Shown here: positions 8,801 through 18,415 of the stretch, piece by piece
How the letters are laid out: each line of letters opens with the position of its first letter
Numbering within the stretch: position 1 is the stretch's first letter
Virus record (IMG/VR): IMGVR_UViG_3300020468_000029
Location: 1-35,293 of that record
DNA from: a virus
Lineage: Duplodnaviria > Caudoviricetes
Length of the DNA: 35,293 nt
Direction: 5' to 3' (one strand)
The notes under the pieces: model-generated
What the model was told of the DNA's origin: nothing
The model's input: the letters and a program-made list of their open reading frames with translations, nothing else
The model's database searches: none
Made by a program: the position numbers and the translations under genes

Positions 8801-11800
8801 GTGTTGTTGGTTTAGGATCAACACTCCCTCAATTAATAACAGGGTTAACAACCACTAATGATTATTATGTATTGAAAGATGATAATGATTCATTTAGGTT
8901 GTGTGATGCAGGTATAGCTGGAACCATTTTTAGTAATTATCAAAATAAAAATATTGTAGAGATATCATCAACTGGAACCGGATATCAACAATTTACTTAT
9001 CCAAAAATACAATGTTTTGTTGACATTGTGTCAGTTGGTGTGGGAACAACATCAATTGAATTAACCCCTATGGTTAATGGTAGTATCATTAGTTTGGATA
9101 TGTATGAATCTGGAACTGGATATGGATCTACAATATTAAATTTACATAAAAAACCTAATTTTAAAGTTAAAAATGGAAATTCTGCAATTTTAACTCCAAA
9201 TATACTTAATGGGAAAATAAATTCAGTAAGTATAGAGTTTGGTGGATTTGAATATTTTTCTACTCCAAAATTATCAATAGTTGATGAAACAGGATCTGGT
9301 AGAGGAGGAGAAATTAGAGCAGTTGTTTCTAATCAAAAAATTGTTGATGTTGTAGTAACCCAAGCGGGAATTGGATATTCAACATCTTCTAATATAGTTG
9401 TAACATCATCTGGAAAGAATCAAGTATTTGATTGTGATGTTAGAGATCTAACATTAAATGAAACATATAGTAAAAACGAATTGTTAACTGAAATTGATGG
9501 TACTTTAAAATATTCCGTATGTGGATATAGCACTCAACCCTTTAGAGATGGAGGAGATACGTCATCAAATATCATTGGTTGGGCTTATGATGGAAATCCA
9601 ATTTATGGACCTTATGGATTAAAAGACCCTGAAGGTTCAGGTACAGATGTTATATTATTACAATCAAGTTATATTTTAGACACATCTTACAATAATAGAC
9701 CATCCATCACACTTTTTCCTGAAGGATTTTTTGCAGATGATTACAAATTTAACAATTCCGGAGACTTAGATCAATATAATGGTAGATTTGAAAAAAATAG
9801 TGATTTTCCTGATGGAGTTTATGCTTACCATGCATTAATTAACAGTGTAGGAGACTCATCTTACCCATATTTTATTGGAGATCAATTTAGATCCAATTTA
9901 ATTAAGGATAACGTATCTGATTTGAATCAATCTTTCAATTTTAATGATTCTGATTTAAGACGCAACACTTTTCCTTATAAAGTATTTGATCAATTTGCTG
10001 ATAATGATTTTCTTATTGAAACAAATGAAATTACTAGACAAAAAAGTGTAATAGAGAGTGTTGAGCAAGGTTCAATTAGTAAAATAAATGTTGCAAATGC
10101 TGGTAAAAAATATAAAGTAAATGACACATTAAATTTTGATAATTCAGATACCAATGGAGATGGATTGATATCTAAGATTGTAAAAATAAAAGGAAAAGAA
10201 ATATCGGAAATCAATACTATAGTTGAAAAAAATGAAAATTCAGTATTAACATGGTCTCAGGATGAAATCACAATTACCACGAATGAATCTCATAAATTTA
10301 TTGATAAAGATTTTGTTAGTATATCAGGAGTAACAACATCATCTTTTAAAATTGACGGATTCACTATTGTTGGTGTCAAAACTTTTACATCTTCAAGTCT
10401 TGCAACTATAACATCAGGCACAGCAGGTGTATCCACTGAGATTTTTGTATCTAACATACCAAGTAATGTCTCCTCAGGTGCTACTATAACAGTCGGTATT
10501 GAGACTATGAAGGTGTTGAATGTATTTAATGATTTGAATGTTCTTCGTGTTAAGAGAGGTCTTACAGGCATCTCTCATAGTGAATCGTCATCGATTGTTT
10601 TTCAACCTACAGAAATAAAACTTAAAAAGTCCGTACCATCTTTTGATTCTAAAGTAAATGATAAAATTTTCTTTAATCCAGCTGAATCAATTGGTATAGG
10701 AACTACCGCTGGTCTTGAACATTCAACAACTTTTAGATTTGCAGGTAGGACAATAGATCGTAGTATTCCTACACAAAGAATACTTTTACAAAATCATCCT
10801 TTTTCGAACAATCAACAAATAACATTCACAAAAGATCCAACAGGGGGAAATATATCCGTTTCGACAACTCCTACATCTTCAACTTTTAATTTACCTACAT
10901 CAAATCTGTTTGTAGTTGACTCTGGAAAAGACTTAATTGGTTTGAAAACAGGATTAGGAAATTCATTTAATGAATTATTCTTTAGAGATAGTGCAGGTGC
11001 AAACAATAAAGATGAATATCTATTTGAAAGTGGTTTCAGACAAATAACATGCGATATTCTAAAAACAAAATCTACAGTAACTTTATCAACTTCTCATACT
11101 TTAAAAGTTGATGATATTATTTCATTAAAAATAAATCCAAGTTTAAACGTTGGTGTTGGAACTTCAGCTTCTGTTAAATTAACAAGAGATATTGAAACAG
11201 GTCATCTTTTAGTTGATACTGTAGGGTTTAATTCAACAGGCATTAATACAACTTCTAATACTATTAATATTACATCTCATAAATTTGAAACAGGTGATAA
11301 AGTAAAATATTCATCTGATACATTACCTTTAGGATTGTTAAATAAAGATTACTTTGTATATAAAGTAGATAATAATAATATCAATCTTAGTGAAACAAAA
11401 ATAGAATCACTTATTTTTCCACCAAAAATTATAGGCATTGGTTCTACTGGTGGATTAACTCAGTCTTTATCAAAAATTAATCCTCAAATTAATATTTCTA
11501 AAAATAATAATATTGTTTTTGATTTATCAGACTCTTCATTGAGTGGTTATCAATTGCAAATCTTTTATGATAATAATTTTATCAATAAGTTTACCTCAAT
11601 TGGATCAACAACTACATTCAATGTGGTAAATGTGGGATCATCTTTAACAGTTAGTTATGGATCATCATTACCATCAAAGTTATATTATAATATTTCTAAA
11701 TCTGGATTTATTAGCACCGCTGATAAGGAAGTAACAAATTATTCAACTATCAATTATATTGATAGTAATTATAATAATGATTATAAAATTTCTTCAATCG

Positions 11801-14800
11801 GATCAACAACTTTTGATATTTTTCTTAAAAATGAACCTGAAAGATTATCATATGAAAATGTTGATGTAAGTTTAATGGAATATGATACTACATCTGTAAA
11901 TGACGATGGTGGTATCGACACTATTGAAATACTTTCAGGAGGATCTAATTATAAAAAATTCCCTTCATTTGTTGGATCTTCATCAAGTATTGCATCTGAC
12001 GCTATAATTAATTTTGAATCTGATACTATAGGTAAAATTAAAAAAGTAAGAGTTGTAAGTGACTCGTATGAATACTCAACAGATAAAACATTAAATCCTG
12101 ATGCAGCAATTTCTCCAATTTTAAAAACAAAAAATGCAAATACAATTGGAATTGTTTCAATCACCTCTGGTGGATCTAATTTCATTGATACTCCAAAAGT
12201 TATTATTGTTAATTCAGATACTGGTATTGAAATCAATAGTGGATTTTTGAATCCTATCCTGTTGTCAAATTCAATTATAAGAGTTGATGTTATTGAAAAC
12301 CCATCAGGATTACCTGATAATGATATATTATTAAAATCTGTTAATAATACAAATGGTATTACAATAAGCTCAGTTGAATCAAATTCTGGAACTGCATTTA
12401 CTTGTGTTCTTTCAACTCCAACTAACGGATTTCCTGTTGAACCATTTAAAGTCGGTGATAATGTATTCATAGAGGGAATACAAAAATATAGTGAAGATGG
12501 AACAGGATTTAATTCATCAGATTATAAGTATACATTTTTCAGAGTAAGTGAATATAATACTGCCCTTAATCCTAGAAAAGTAAAAATATCTGTGTCAGGT
12601 TTGACAACAACAGGATCAACTGGAGTGAGCACTAATGTAGGTTTAGCCAAAACTGAGCAAAATAATTTTGCAACCATGATAAATGAATCAGATTATCCAG
12701 TATTTGAATCTACGTTAATTAAATCAACTTTTGAAATAGGTGAAAAAATTATTGTTAATAATTTCCCTAGTGATTTAAAAGTTAGTGGATTTAATGAAAA
12801 TAATTTAAAAGTGTCTGGAAGTTTTACTTTAAAAATTGGTGATCTATTAAAAGGTGAAACAAGTCAGTCTACAGCCGAAATAAGAGAAATAACAGAAAAT
12901 AAAGGTATATTTAGTGTTGGATTTTCTAACAGAAAAAATATTGGTTGGGATGATGAAATAGGCAAATTAAGTGTTGATAGTCAAGTTACTCCTGATAATG
13001 ATTATTATCAAAATTTATCTTATTCTATTAAAAGTCCTATAACATGGTCTAAATTAGAAACACCTGTGAATAATTTGTTACATACTGCAGGTCTTAAGAA
13101 TTTTGCAGATACAGAAGTAATATCATCTTCAAGTGTGGGTATCGGATCATCAGCTGTTACATCAATTACCATTGATTTAATTGAAAATGAAAGAGTGGAT
13201 ATTATAAAAAATATTGATTTGGGTGTGGATAAAGATTCATTTGAATCTAAATCGAAGTTTATTCAATTAGACAAAACAAGATTAGTTGATTATGTAGAAT
13301 GTAATACAAACAATGTTTTAAGTATTGATAATATAAGAAGTGAATTTTCAAAAGATGATGGTGATCCTGATGATTTTTTAAACCTATTAAATTTAAACAA
13401 TGGTCAATCATTTACCAATTTACTTGTAAAAATTGAATCAAATAATAAAAATGAAATACAATTATCTGATTTGATTATTTTAAATACAACGAGCTCTAAT
13501 CTAGTATCGGATAATAATATTCTTTTAGTTAAATCTGAATTAAATAATTCAGGAATAGGTTTTACTAATTATAAAGAAAACAATTACGGATCATTTTCTA
13601 TTCAAACAAACGATATTGAAGAAAGTGTATTAAGATTTATACCAAAAGATCCATTCACAACTGATTATAATGTTAAAATTTTAAAAAATATATTTAACAC
13701 AAATAGGAATGCAACCTCTGGCATTGGAAGTATATCTTTAAATGTTATTGAATTAATATCCTCAAATCTTTATGTATCTCCCTCATCATCAGCAAATATT
13801 GTTTCTCTTTCATCATCTAAGTTCCAATCATACTTTGCAAATACACAAATAATTGATCCTGATACTGATAATATTAATTTTGTTGAGACATATGTAACTC
13901 ATGATGGAACTAATACTTACTTAGCAGAATTTTATTCGGATACTAATTTAACAACTAAAGAAAGAATAGGAATTTTTAGTGGAGATCTCTCTGGAGGAAA
14001 TTTCCAACTTAAATTTGAAAACAATATTTCTACAAGTGTCACTCTTAAATCAAAAATAATTGGTATTGGCACAACAGGTTTAGGAGATGGTGAATATAGA
14101 TTTAAATCAACTGATCAATCTGATGGACAAGAACGAAGTGTTTTACTTCAAGGAATTGCAAAAAGTGGTGTTGGAACAACATCGTTTGTTGGATTAAGTT
14201 CTAATCTATTTGATAGTGTTAAATCAATAGTAGAAGTTAGTGTAGGATCGTCAAAAGCTTTACATCAAATAAGTATTATTCATGATAACACAAGTGTATA
14301 TGTTCAACCAGCACAATTTTTATCTGTCAGTGGCACTTCAATTTATGATGATGGTGTTGGATTAGGAACATTTAGTGGTCAATTTGAATCAGGAAATTTA
14401 GTTGTTAAATTTCATCCCGATGACTTAACTGGTATTTGCACAGTCAATGCTTTTAATAAATGTTTCTATTCTTCTTTTGATACTGATAATACACCATTAG
14501 GTTTAAATTATGGAGAAATTGTTGAGTCAATAGATGTATTATTTTACAATGGTATTAATGGGGATAGAATTAATAAAACAGATTTTGAATTAAAATCAAA
14601 TGGTATTCCAATATTCAGTAAAACATTTAATCCAACAAACAACAGTATTTTAAATCCAGCTACGGGATTATTCACAATAGAAAATCATTTCTTCAGAAAT
14701 AATGAAGAATTAATTTATGAATTTGGATCTACAATAGTTGGAGTTGGATCGACATCAATAACCTATAAAAATGCAGGTGTTTCTACATATCTACCAAAAA

Positions 14801-17800
14801 ATGTATTTTGTATAACCGATAGTGAAAATACTTTTTCTATATCAACTACAAGATCTGGAACAGCTGTCACATTTACTGATCTTGGTGAAGGAAATGCTCA
14901 TAGTTTCTCTATGTCTAAAAACAAAGAAAAAACTATCATAACCATTGATGGAATTACTCAAAGTCCAATAACTCCAACAAATATTGTACATATTTTAGAA
15001 AATAATAATCAACCTTTGAGTGCTTCAAGTTCAATATTTAGTTTGAGTGGTATTTCTTCTATTCAAGTTACAGATATATTAAAAATAAATGATGAATTTA
15101 TGGAGGTCACTAATGTTGGTATTGGAACAACATTTGCCGGACCAATAACACCTGGTATTGGAACATTCCCATTAGTTCAAGTGGGTCGTGGATTTTTGGG
15201 ATCAAAAGCAACCACTCACTCACAACCAACTAATGTAAATCTTTTTAAAGGATCGTTTGATATTGTTAAAGAAAAAATTCATTTTACTGAACCACCTAGA
15301 GGAAATCCTCAAGGAACAACCCTTGCAAGTAATTTACCTTTTCCAAGATCAACCTTTACAGGTAGAGTTTATTTAAGAAATAGTTATGATACTAATGTTA
15401 TCTTTGATGACGTATCCGATCAATTCACTGGTATTGATTCATCCTTTACTCTTAAAGTGGGAGCAGCTGATACTGTTGGTGTGGGTACAACAGGAAATGG
15501 ATTACTTTTATTAAATGGAGTATTTCAAACTCCAACCACATTTAATAATGCAGATGGAAATTTTGAAATAGTTGAAGATGCTGCAGCTGGTGTATCAACA
15601 GTTAAATTTACAGGATTGATTGAGAGTAATAATATTGTAATAAGTGATGAGGATGTTAACCAAAATCAACTTCCCAGAGGAGGGGTTATTGTCTCTTTAG
15701 GATCTACACCTGGTTTAGGATTTGCTCCATTAAAGGGTGCTAATCTAAAAGCAAAATTTGATTCAAATGGAACTATAACCGGAGTGGTTGGAGTAGCTAC
15801 GACTGGAGCATCATTGGGTATTGTCACAGCTTTTTATAACAATACAACTGGTATTTTAACAATAACAACTCAAACAGATCCTGATTGGGCATTTGGTGAT
15901 CAAAGTCAAGATGAAGTTCAATTGATAAATGTACCATTTAGTGGAGGTCTATCGATTGGAGGAACTTTCCCAGTTGTTTCTGTTGCTGCTACTAATATAA
16001 TTGGTGTAAATATTGGTCAAAGATCTACTTCTCATTTATATAATGGTGGAGGTGAAATATTACCATTCTATGGAGATCTTACTTTTGGATCAGGATATAA
16101 TGGAATTGGTGGTATTGGAGTCACAGTTTTTGATCCTGGTTATATTCATAGATTTATATCTGCAAACACTGGTGCTATTAATAGAAACAGTGATGCAGCT
16201 CAACTAACACCTACATCTGCAGATTATGATCCTAAATCTGGAATTATTACATTTACTGTTAATAATCATGGAATGTCCACAAATGATCTAATTACAATAG
16301 ATGATTATTCTTTAACATATACATGCTCTAAAGATAATTACTTCACAGAGCATTCATATCCCAGATCAACTGATCCATTAGGTGGTGGTATATCAACCGC
16401 AATAACAAAGGTAACTGATAATATTTTCAGTGCTAATGTTGGAACTAATGTAGGTTCTGGTGCAGATATTAGTGTTTCAAGTATTGATGCTGGAGGATCA
16501 TTATCTTTCAGTATTGGTGCAGGTGGCACAGACTATAAGAATCCAAAAATATTTGTATCTTCTCCAAGTTATGAGAATTTACCAATAACAGGTTTATCTA
16601 GATTAGGTATTGGTCCTACAACTGAAACTGGAAGTAATTTGAAGGTTACTTTAAATGTAGGACCAGTTTCTACCAATGTAGGTATAGGATCAACATTATT
16701 TGAGGTTAAAAATTTCAAATTAAAAGGAAATGGAAATGCATTTAAGATTGGAGATAAATTCACTGTTGTTGGTTTGGTAACTGATTCTAGTTACGCACAA
16801 CCGGTTAAAAACTTTGAGTTAGAAGTTACCAAAGTATTTCAAGATGATTTCACACTTTGGCAATTTGGTGAATTAGACTTTATTGATTCTATAAAACAAT
16901 TACAGAATGGAGAAAGAGTGAGATTTCCATTAAAATATAATAATAGTTTAATAAGTATAGAAGAAGGTACAAATTATACAACTGATCTTGCAAACGTTTT
17001 ATTAGTAATGAGAAATGGTGTTGTACAAGATCCATCGACAACATATAATTTCAAAGGTGGAACATCAATAATATTCATCGATCCTCCTGAAGTACAAGAT
17101 AATATTCAAATATATTTTTATAAAGGAACTACTGGTGTTGATTCTATTGTTGTTGATGCAGAAACTTCTCCTATTGAAGTCGGTGATGAGTTGCAATTAC
17201 TAAAAAATCCATCTGATGATACAACAATATCACAAACAAAAAGAAGATTTACATCTATTAGAGATTCTGATGAATTAGAAACTAATATTTACTATGGAGA
17301 AGGAGTTAATGAAAACATATTTAAACCTGTAAATCTATTCAAACAAAAAACAGATTTGGAAGTTAATGGTATTAAAATACCAAAAACAAGAAATTTAATT
17401 GAAACATACATATTCCCAACAGCTAAAGTAATCGGAAAAGTATCCACCACGGATCAACAATTATTTTTTGATGATGTTTCTTTGTTTAATTATGAAGATG
17501 ATGCTAGTCCTAATTTCTCTTTTAGATTAATTTCTGGAGCTCCAGATCCAGTTCCAGCATCATTAAGTGCAAATGTTTCATCAGCAGGTACAATTACATC
17601 TTTAAATATTATAAATGGAGGATCTGGATATATTGGAGCAACGACTTCTATATCAATAGGTATCCCAACAACAGGTATCGGAACAACTGCAAATCCAACA
17701 GCAACAGCAACTGCGACTATAGGGGCTGGTGGAACCATATCAGTAACTTCAATTGTTAGTGGTGGTATAGGATATACTTCTTCAAATCCACCAAGTGTAT

Positions 17801-18381
17801 TAATCCCCAGACAAGATGTCGTGGAGGAGAGAATAGCCGGAAGCAACATATCAATTTTATCTACCTCAGGGATTATAACAGGAATTACAACTACAACATT
17901 TAATTCTAAATTATCAATTGAATTTACAGGTATAAACACCGAAGGTTTGGTTCCACTTCAAATCGGAGACCCAATTTTCGTATATGATACGACTGTTGGT
18001 AATGGAGTTACATCAACTGATGGTGTTGATACAAATGTTGTAGGAATAGGTACATCTTTTGTTGATAATGTTTATATCATCGCAGGAATAACAACGTTAG
18101 GAGTGGTTGGAGGAGGTAATACCGTAACTGGTATTATAACTTGTACTATTGATTCAAATAGTGTCGGCATCGGAACTACCATAAGCACTCCTGATCTTCC
18201 AGTTGGTAAATTCTCTCTTGGAAAGATGAGTAATTTAACAAGATCATCAAGTCCTATATCAATTGGTGTTACAGGTTTAACTGTTGATGTAGGGTTAACT
18301 ACATTCCCAATAATCATCAGAAATAGTGGTGAAGAAACACTTAGAAAAACTGGTGCATTAAAAACTCCAGGTGTAAGTTAA
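5833..18381 (+). CDS. gp7: Giant baseplate wedge initiator gp7 (4182 aa) with repeats and YHYH-like domain
   Basis: Lies between gp6 and gp8. N-terminal QLPKFI and FYQTKGTDESFRILF, plus DNDYYQNLSYSIKS...W...V..LLHTAGLKNFAD, are characteristic of cyanomyophage gp7. Confidence 0.85.
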   Translation: MIGTGIDTRIKIQDVLANQLPKFILDESPYTVDFLNQYYISQEYQGAPIDISENLDQYINLDNLTPNVIQNSTTSSGITTIGAKIINVVSTKGFPNQYGLLKIDDEIITYTGITTNTFTGCKRGFSGITSYHSDTNKEDLVFSSSSAAEHESSSTIQNLSVLFLKEFYQKIKSTFTPGLEKTDFTESLNVGNFLKNARTFYQTKGTDESFRILFNVLYNISPTIINLENNLIKPSTARYIRSDVAIAEAISGDPLKLKGQALFKSDLGNTNINTAISEVEPFTRNNKQYFKFNLFVGYDNESEISEDFKLIPSTKCLENVSIGASVINVDSTIGFGTTGSLTSGLTTFTYEDKTINQFLNCTGISSSINNTDSIKSSTNYYGYEDGDLSKKVELNFTGVLKDFETIVDFEVEENDSIFVRNVGTKIINPSSNKSYKETFANSWIYNTSSTYEIDEFLSNSSITLNSDVDRSSLKVGDKFELLKSGTNEVVYPIVELGNNTPYIDEIVTRNSLSLANFNFSRDDNEKYKLRRKINKASSSNTSPQIEFGNQQVISDIQNLYVDNADEFAYVASNSLPSYNFDLIQKDFKFTDQITTKVLKSTLNLGINTSGELSDLNSDEKFTSIIFNEPVEFLTGSKVFYQPTGEPLVGLDTGSYYVSFNPTDNNKKLRLFNSRTSIPSNSFLSFTAPTGISTHVFILEKHKSETISPQKLLKKFPLQPNIKNGIGETTNPGGLGLLINGVEISNYKSLDKIYFGPLKSTKVLNGGSEFDIINPPEVVISTGIGTTALVKPSLSGSIKKIFVDPQNFDVEEVVSIGVTGGNGVGCVLKPILTERFREVVFDSRNLTNGGGINTSTNSIIFLENHGFLSGEEITYDSNLGTQVSTSTTSLINGSNYFVKNINNLSIQLFNTKSDLENNTNQVNFKNGGSGLQKFRTKNSKNTLNTVEVLNEGKNYKNKTLLVKPTGISTQYNKINFVNHRFNDGDIVQYTSVVGLGSTLPQLITGLTTTNDYYVLKDDNDSFRLCDAGIAGTIFSNYQNKNIVEISSTGTGYQQFTYPKIQCFVDIVSVGVGTTSIELTPMVNGSIISLDMYESGTGYGSTILNLHKKPNFKVKNGNSAILTPNILNGKINSVSIEFGGFEYFSTPKLSIVDETGSGRGGEIRAVVSNQKIVDVVVTQAGIGYSTSSNIVVTSSGKNQVFDCDVRDLTLNETYSKNELLTEIDGTLKYSVCGYSTQPFRDGGDTSSNIIGWAYDGNPIYGPYGLKDPEGSGTDVILLQSSYILDTSYNNRPSITLFPEGFFADDYKFNNSGDLDQYNGRFEKNSDFPDGVYAYHALINSVGDSSYPYFIGDQFRSNLIKDNVSDLNQSFNFNDSDLRRNTFPYKVFDQFADNDFLIETNEITRQKSVIESVEQGSISKINVANAGKKYKVNDTLNFDNSDTNGDGLISKIVKIKGKEISEINTIVEKNENSVLTWSQDEITITTNESHKFIDKDFVSISGVTTSSFKIDGFTIVGVKTFTSSSLATITSGTAGVSTEIFVSNIPSNVSSGATITVGIETMKVLNVFNDLNVLRVKRGLTGISHSESSSIVFQPTEIKLKKSVPSFDSKVNDKIFFNPAESIGIGTTAGLEHSTTFRFAGRTIDRSIPTQRILLQNHPFSNNQQITFTKDPTGGNISVSTTPTSSTFNLPTSNLFVVDSGKDLIGLKTGLGNSFNELFFRDSAGANNKDEYLFESGFRQITCDILKTKSTVTLSTSHTLKVDDIISLKINPSLNVGVGTSASVKLTRDIETGHLLVDTVGFNSTGINTTSNTINITSHKFETGDKVKYSSDTLPLGLLNKDYFVYKVDNNNINLSETKIESLIFPPKIIGIGSTGGLTQSLSKINPQINISKNNNIVFDLSDSSLSGYQLQIFYDNNFINKFTSIGSTTTFNVVNVGSSLTVSYGSSLPSKLYYNISKSGFISTADKEVTNYSTINYIDSNYNNDYKISSIGSTTFDIFLKNEPERLSYENVDVSLMEYDTTSVNDDGGIDTIEILSGGSNYKKFPSFVGSSSSIASDAIINFESDTIGKIKKVRVVSDSYEYSTDKTLNPDAAISPILKTKNANTIGIVSITSGGSNFIDTPKVIIVNSDTGIEINSGFLNPILLSNSIIRVDVIENPSGLPDNDILLKSVNNTNGITISSVESNSGTAFTCVLSTPTNGFPVEPFKVGDNVFIEGIQKYSEDGTGFNSSDYKYTFFRVSEYNTALNPRKVKISVSGLTTTGSTGVSTNVGLAKTEQNNFATMINESDYPVFESTLIKSTFEIGEKIIVNNFPSDLKVSGFNENNLKVSGSFTLKIGDLLKGETSQSTAEIREITENKGIFSVGFSNRKNIGWDDEIGKLSVDSQVTPDNDYYQNLSYSIKSPITWSKLETPVNNLLHTAGLKNFADTEVISSSSVGIGSSAVTSITIDLIENERVDIIKNIDLGVDKDSFESKSKFIQLDKTRLVDYVECNTNNVLSIDNIRSEFSKDDGDPDDFLNLLNLNNGQSFTNLLVKIESNNKNEIQLSDLIILNTTSSNLVSDNNILLVKSELNNSGIGFTNYKENNYGSFSIQTNDIEESVLRFIPKDPFTTDYNVKILKNIFNTNRNATSGIGSISLNVIELISSNLYVSPSSSANIVSLSSSKFQSYFANTQIIDPDTDNINFVETYVTHDGTNTYLAEFYSDTNLTTKERIGIFSGDLSGGNFQLKFENNISTSVTLKSKIIGIGTTGLGDGEYRFKSTDQSDGQERSVLLQGIAKSGVGTTSFVGLSSNLFDSVKSIVEVSVGSSKALHQISIIHDNTSVYVQPAQFLSVSGTSIYDDGVGLGTFSGQFESGNLVVKFHPDDLTGICTVNAFNKCFYSSFDTDNTPLGLNYGEIVESIDVLFYNGINGDRINKTDFELKSNGIPIFSKTFNPTNNSILNPATGLFTIENHFFRNNEELIYEFGSTIVGVGSTSITYKNAGVSTYLPKNVFCITDSENTFSISTTRSGTAVTFTDLGEGNAHSFSMSKNKEKTIITIDGITQSPITPTNIVHILENNNQPLSASSSIFSLSGISSIQVTDILKINDEFMEVTNVGIGTTFAGPITPGIGTFPLVQVGRGFLGSKATTHSQPTNVNLFKGSFDIVKEKIHFTEPPRGNPQGTTLASNLPFPRSTFTGRVYLRNSYDTNVIFDDVSDQFTGIDSSFTLKVGAADTVGVGTTGNGLLLLNGVFQTPTTFNNADGNFEIVEDAAAGVSTVKFTGLIESNNIVISDEDVNQNQLPRGGVIVSLGSTPGLGFAPLKGANLKAKFDSNGTITGVVGVATTGASLGIVTAFYNNTTGILTITTQTDPDWAFGDQSQDEVQLINVPFSGGLSIGGTFPVVSVAATNIIGVNIGQRSTSHLYNGGGEILPFYGDLTFGSGYNGIGGIGVTVFDPGYIHRFISANTGAINRNSDAAQLTPTSADYDPKSGIITFTVNNHGMSTNDLITIDDYSLTYTCSKDNYFTEHSYPRSTDPLGGGISTAITKVTDNIFSANVGTNVGSGADISVSSIDAGGSLSFSIGAGGTDYKNPKIFVSSPSYENLPITGLSRLGIGPTTETGSNLKVTLNVGPVSTNVGIGSTLFEVKNFKLKGNGNAFKIGDKFTVVGLVTDSSYAQPVKNFELEVTKVFQDDFTLWQFGELDFIDSIKQLQNGERVRFPLKYNNSLISIEEGTNYTTDLANVLLVMRNGVVQDPSTTYNFKGGTSIIFIDPPEVQDNIQIYFYKGTTGVDSIVVDAETSPIEVGDELQLLKNPSDDTTISQTKRRFTSIRDSDELETNIYYGEGVNENIFKPVNLFKQKTDLEVNGIKIPKTRNLIETYIFPTAKVIGKVSTTDQQLFFDDVSLFNYEDDASPNFSFRLISGAPDPVPASLSANVSSAGTITSLNIINGGSGYIGATTSISIGIPTTGIGTTANPTATATATIGAGGTISVTSIVSGGIGYTSSNPPSVLIPRQDVVEERIAGSNISILSTSGIITGITTTTFNSKLSIEFTGINTEGLVPLQIGDPIFVYDTTVGNGVTSTDGVDTNVVGIGTSFVDNVYIIAGITTLGVVGGGNTVTGIITCTIDSNSVGIGTTISTPDLPVGKFSLGKMSNLTRSSSPISIGVTGLTVDVGLTTFPIIIRNSGEETLRKTGALKTPGVS
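8419..16300 (+). repeat. Dispersed protein-level beta-domain repeats within gp7
   Basis: Recurring H-x-(F/L/M)-x-x-(G/N/D/K)-(D/E/Q) motifs: NHGFLSGEEITY (8419), NHRFNDGDIVQY (8761), SHKFIDKDFVSI (10288), NHPFSNNQQITF (10792), SHTLKVDDIISL (11092), SHKFETGDKVKY (11275), NHFFRNNEELIY (14683), NHGMSTNDLITI (16264). Several GG/GS-x-Y/F turn motifs also recur. Confidence 0.65.
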
Positions 18382-18390
18382 AAGAATATG

Positions 18391-18398
18391 TATAAATA
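18391..18398 (+). promoter_or_regulatory. T4-type late promoter
   Basis: Exact TATAAATA in the gp7-gp8 gap, 17 nt before the ATG at 18416. Confidence 0.8.
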
Positions 18399-18415
18399 TC
18401 TAAAAAACAGTTAAT

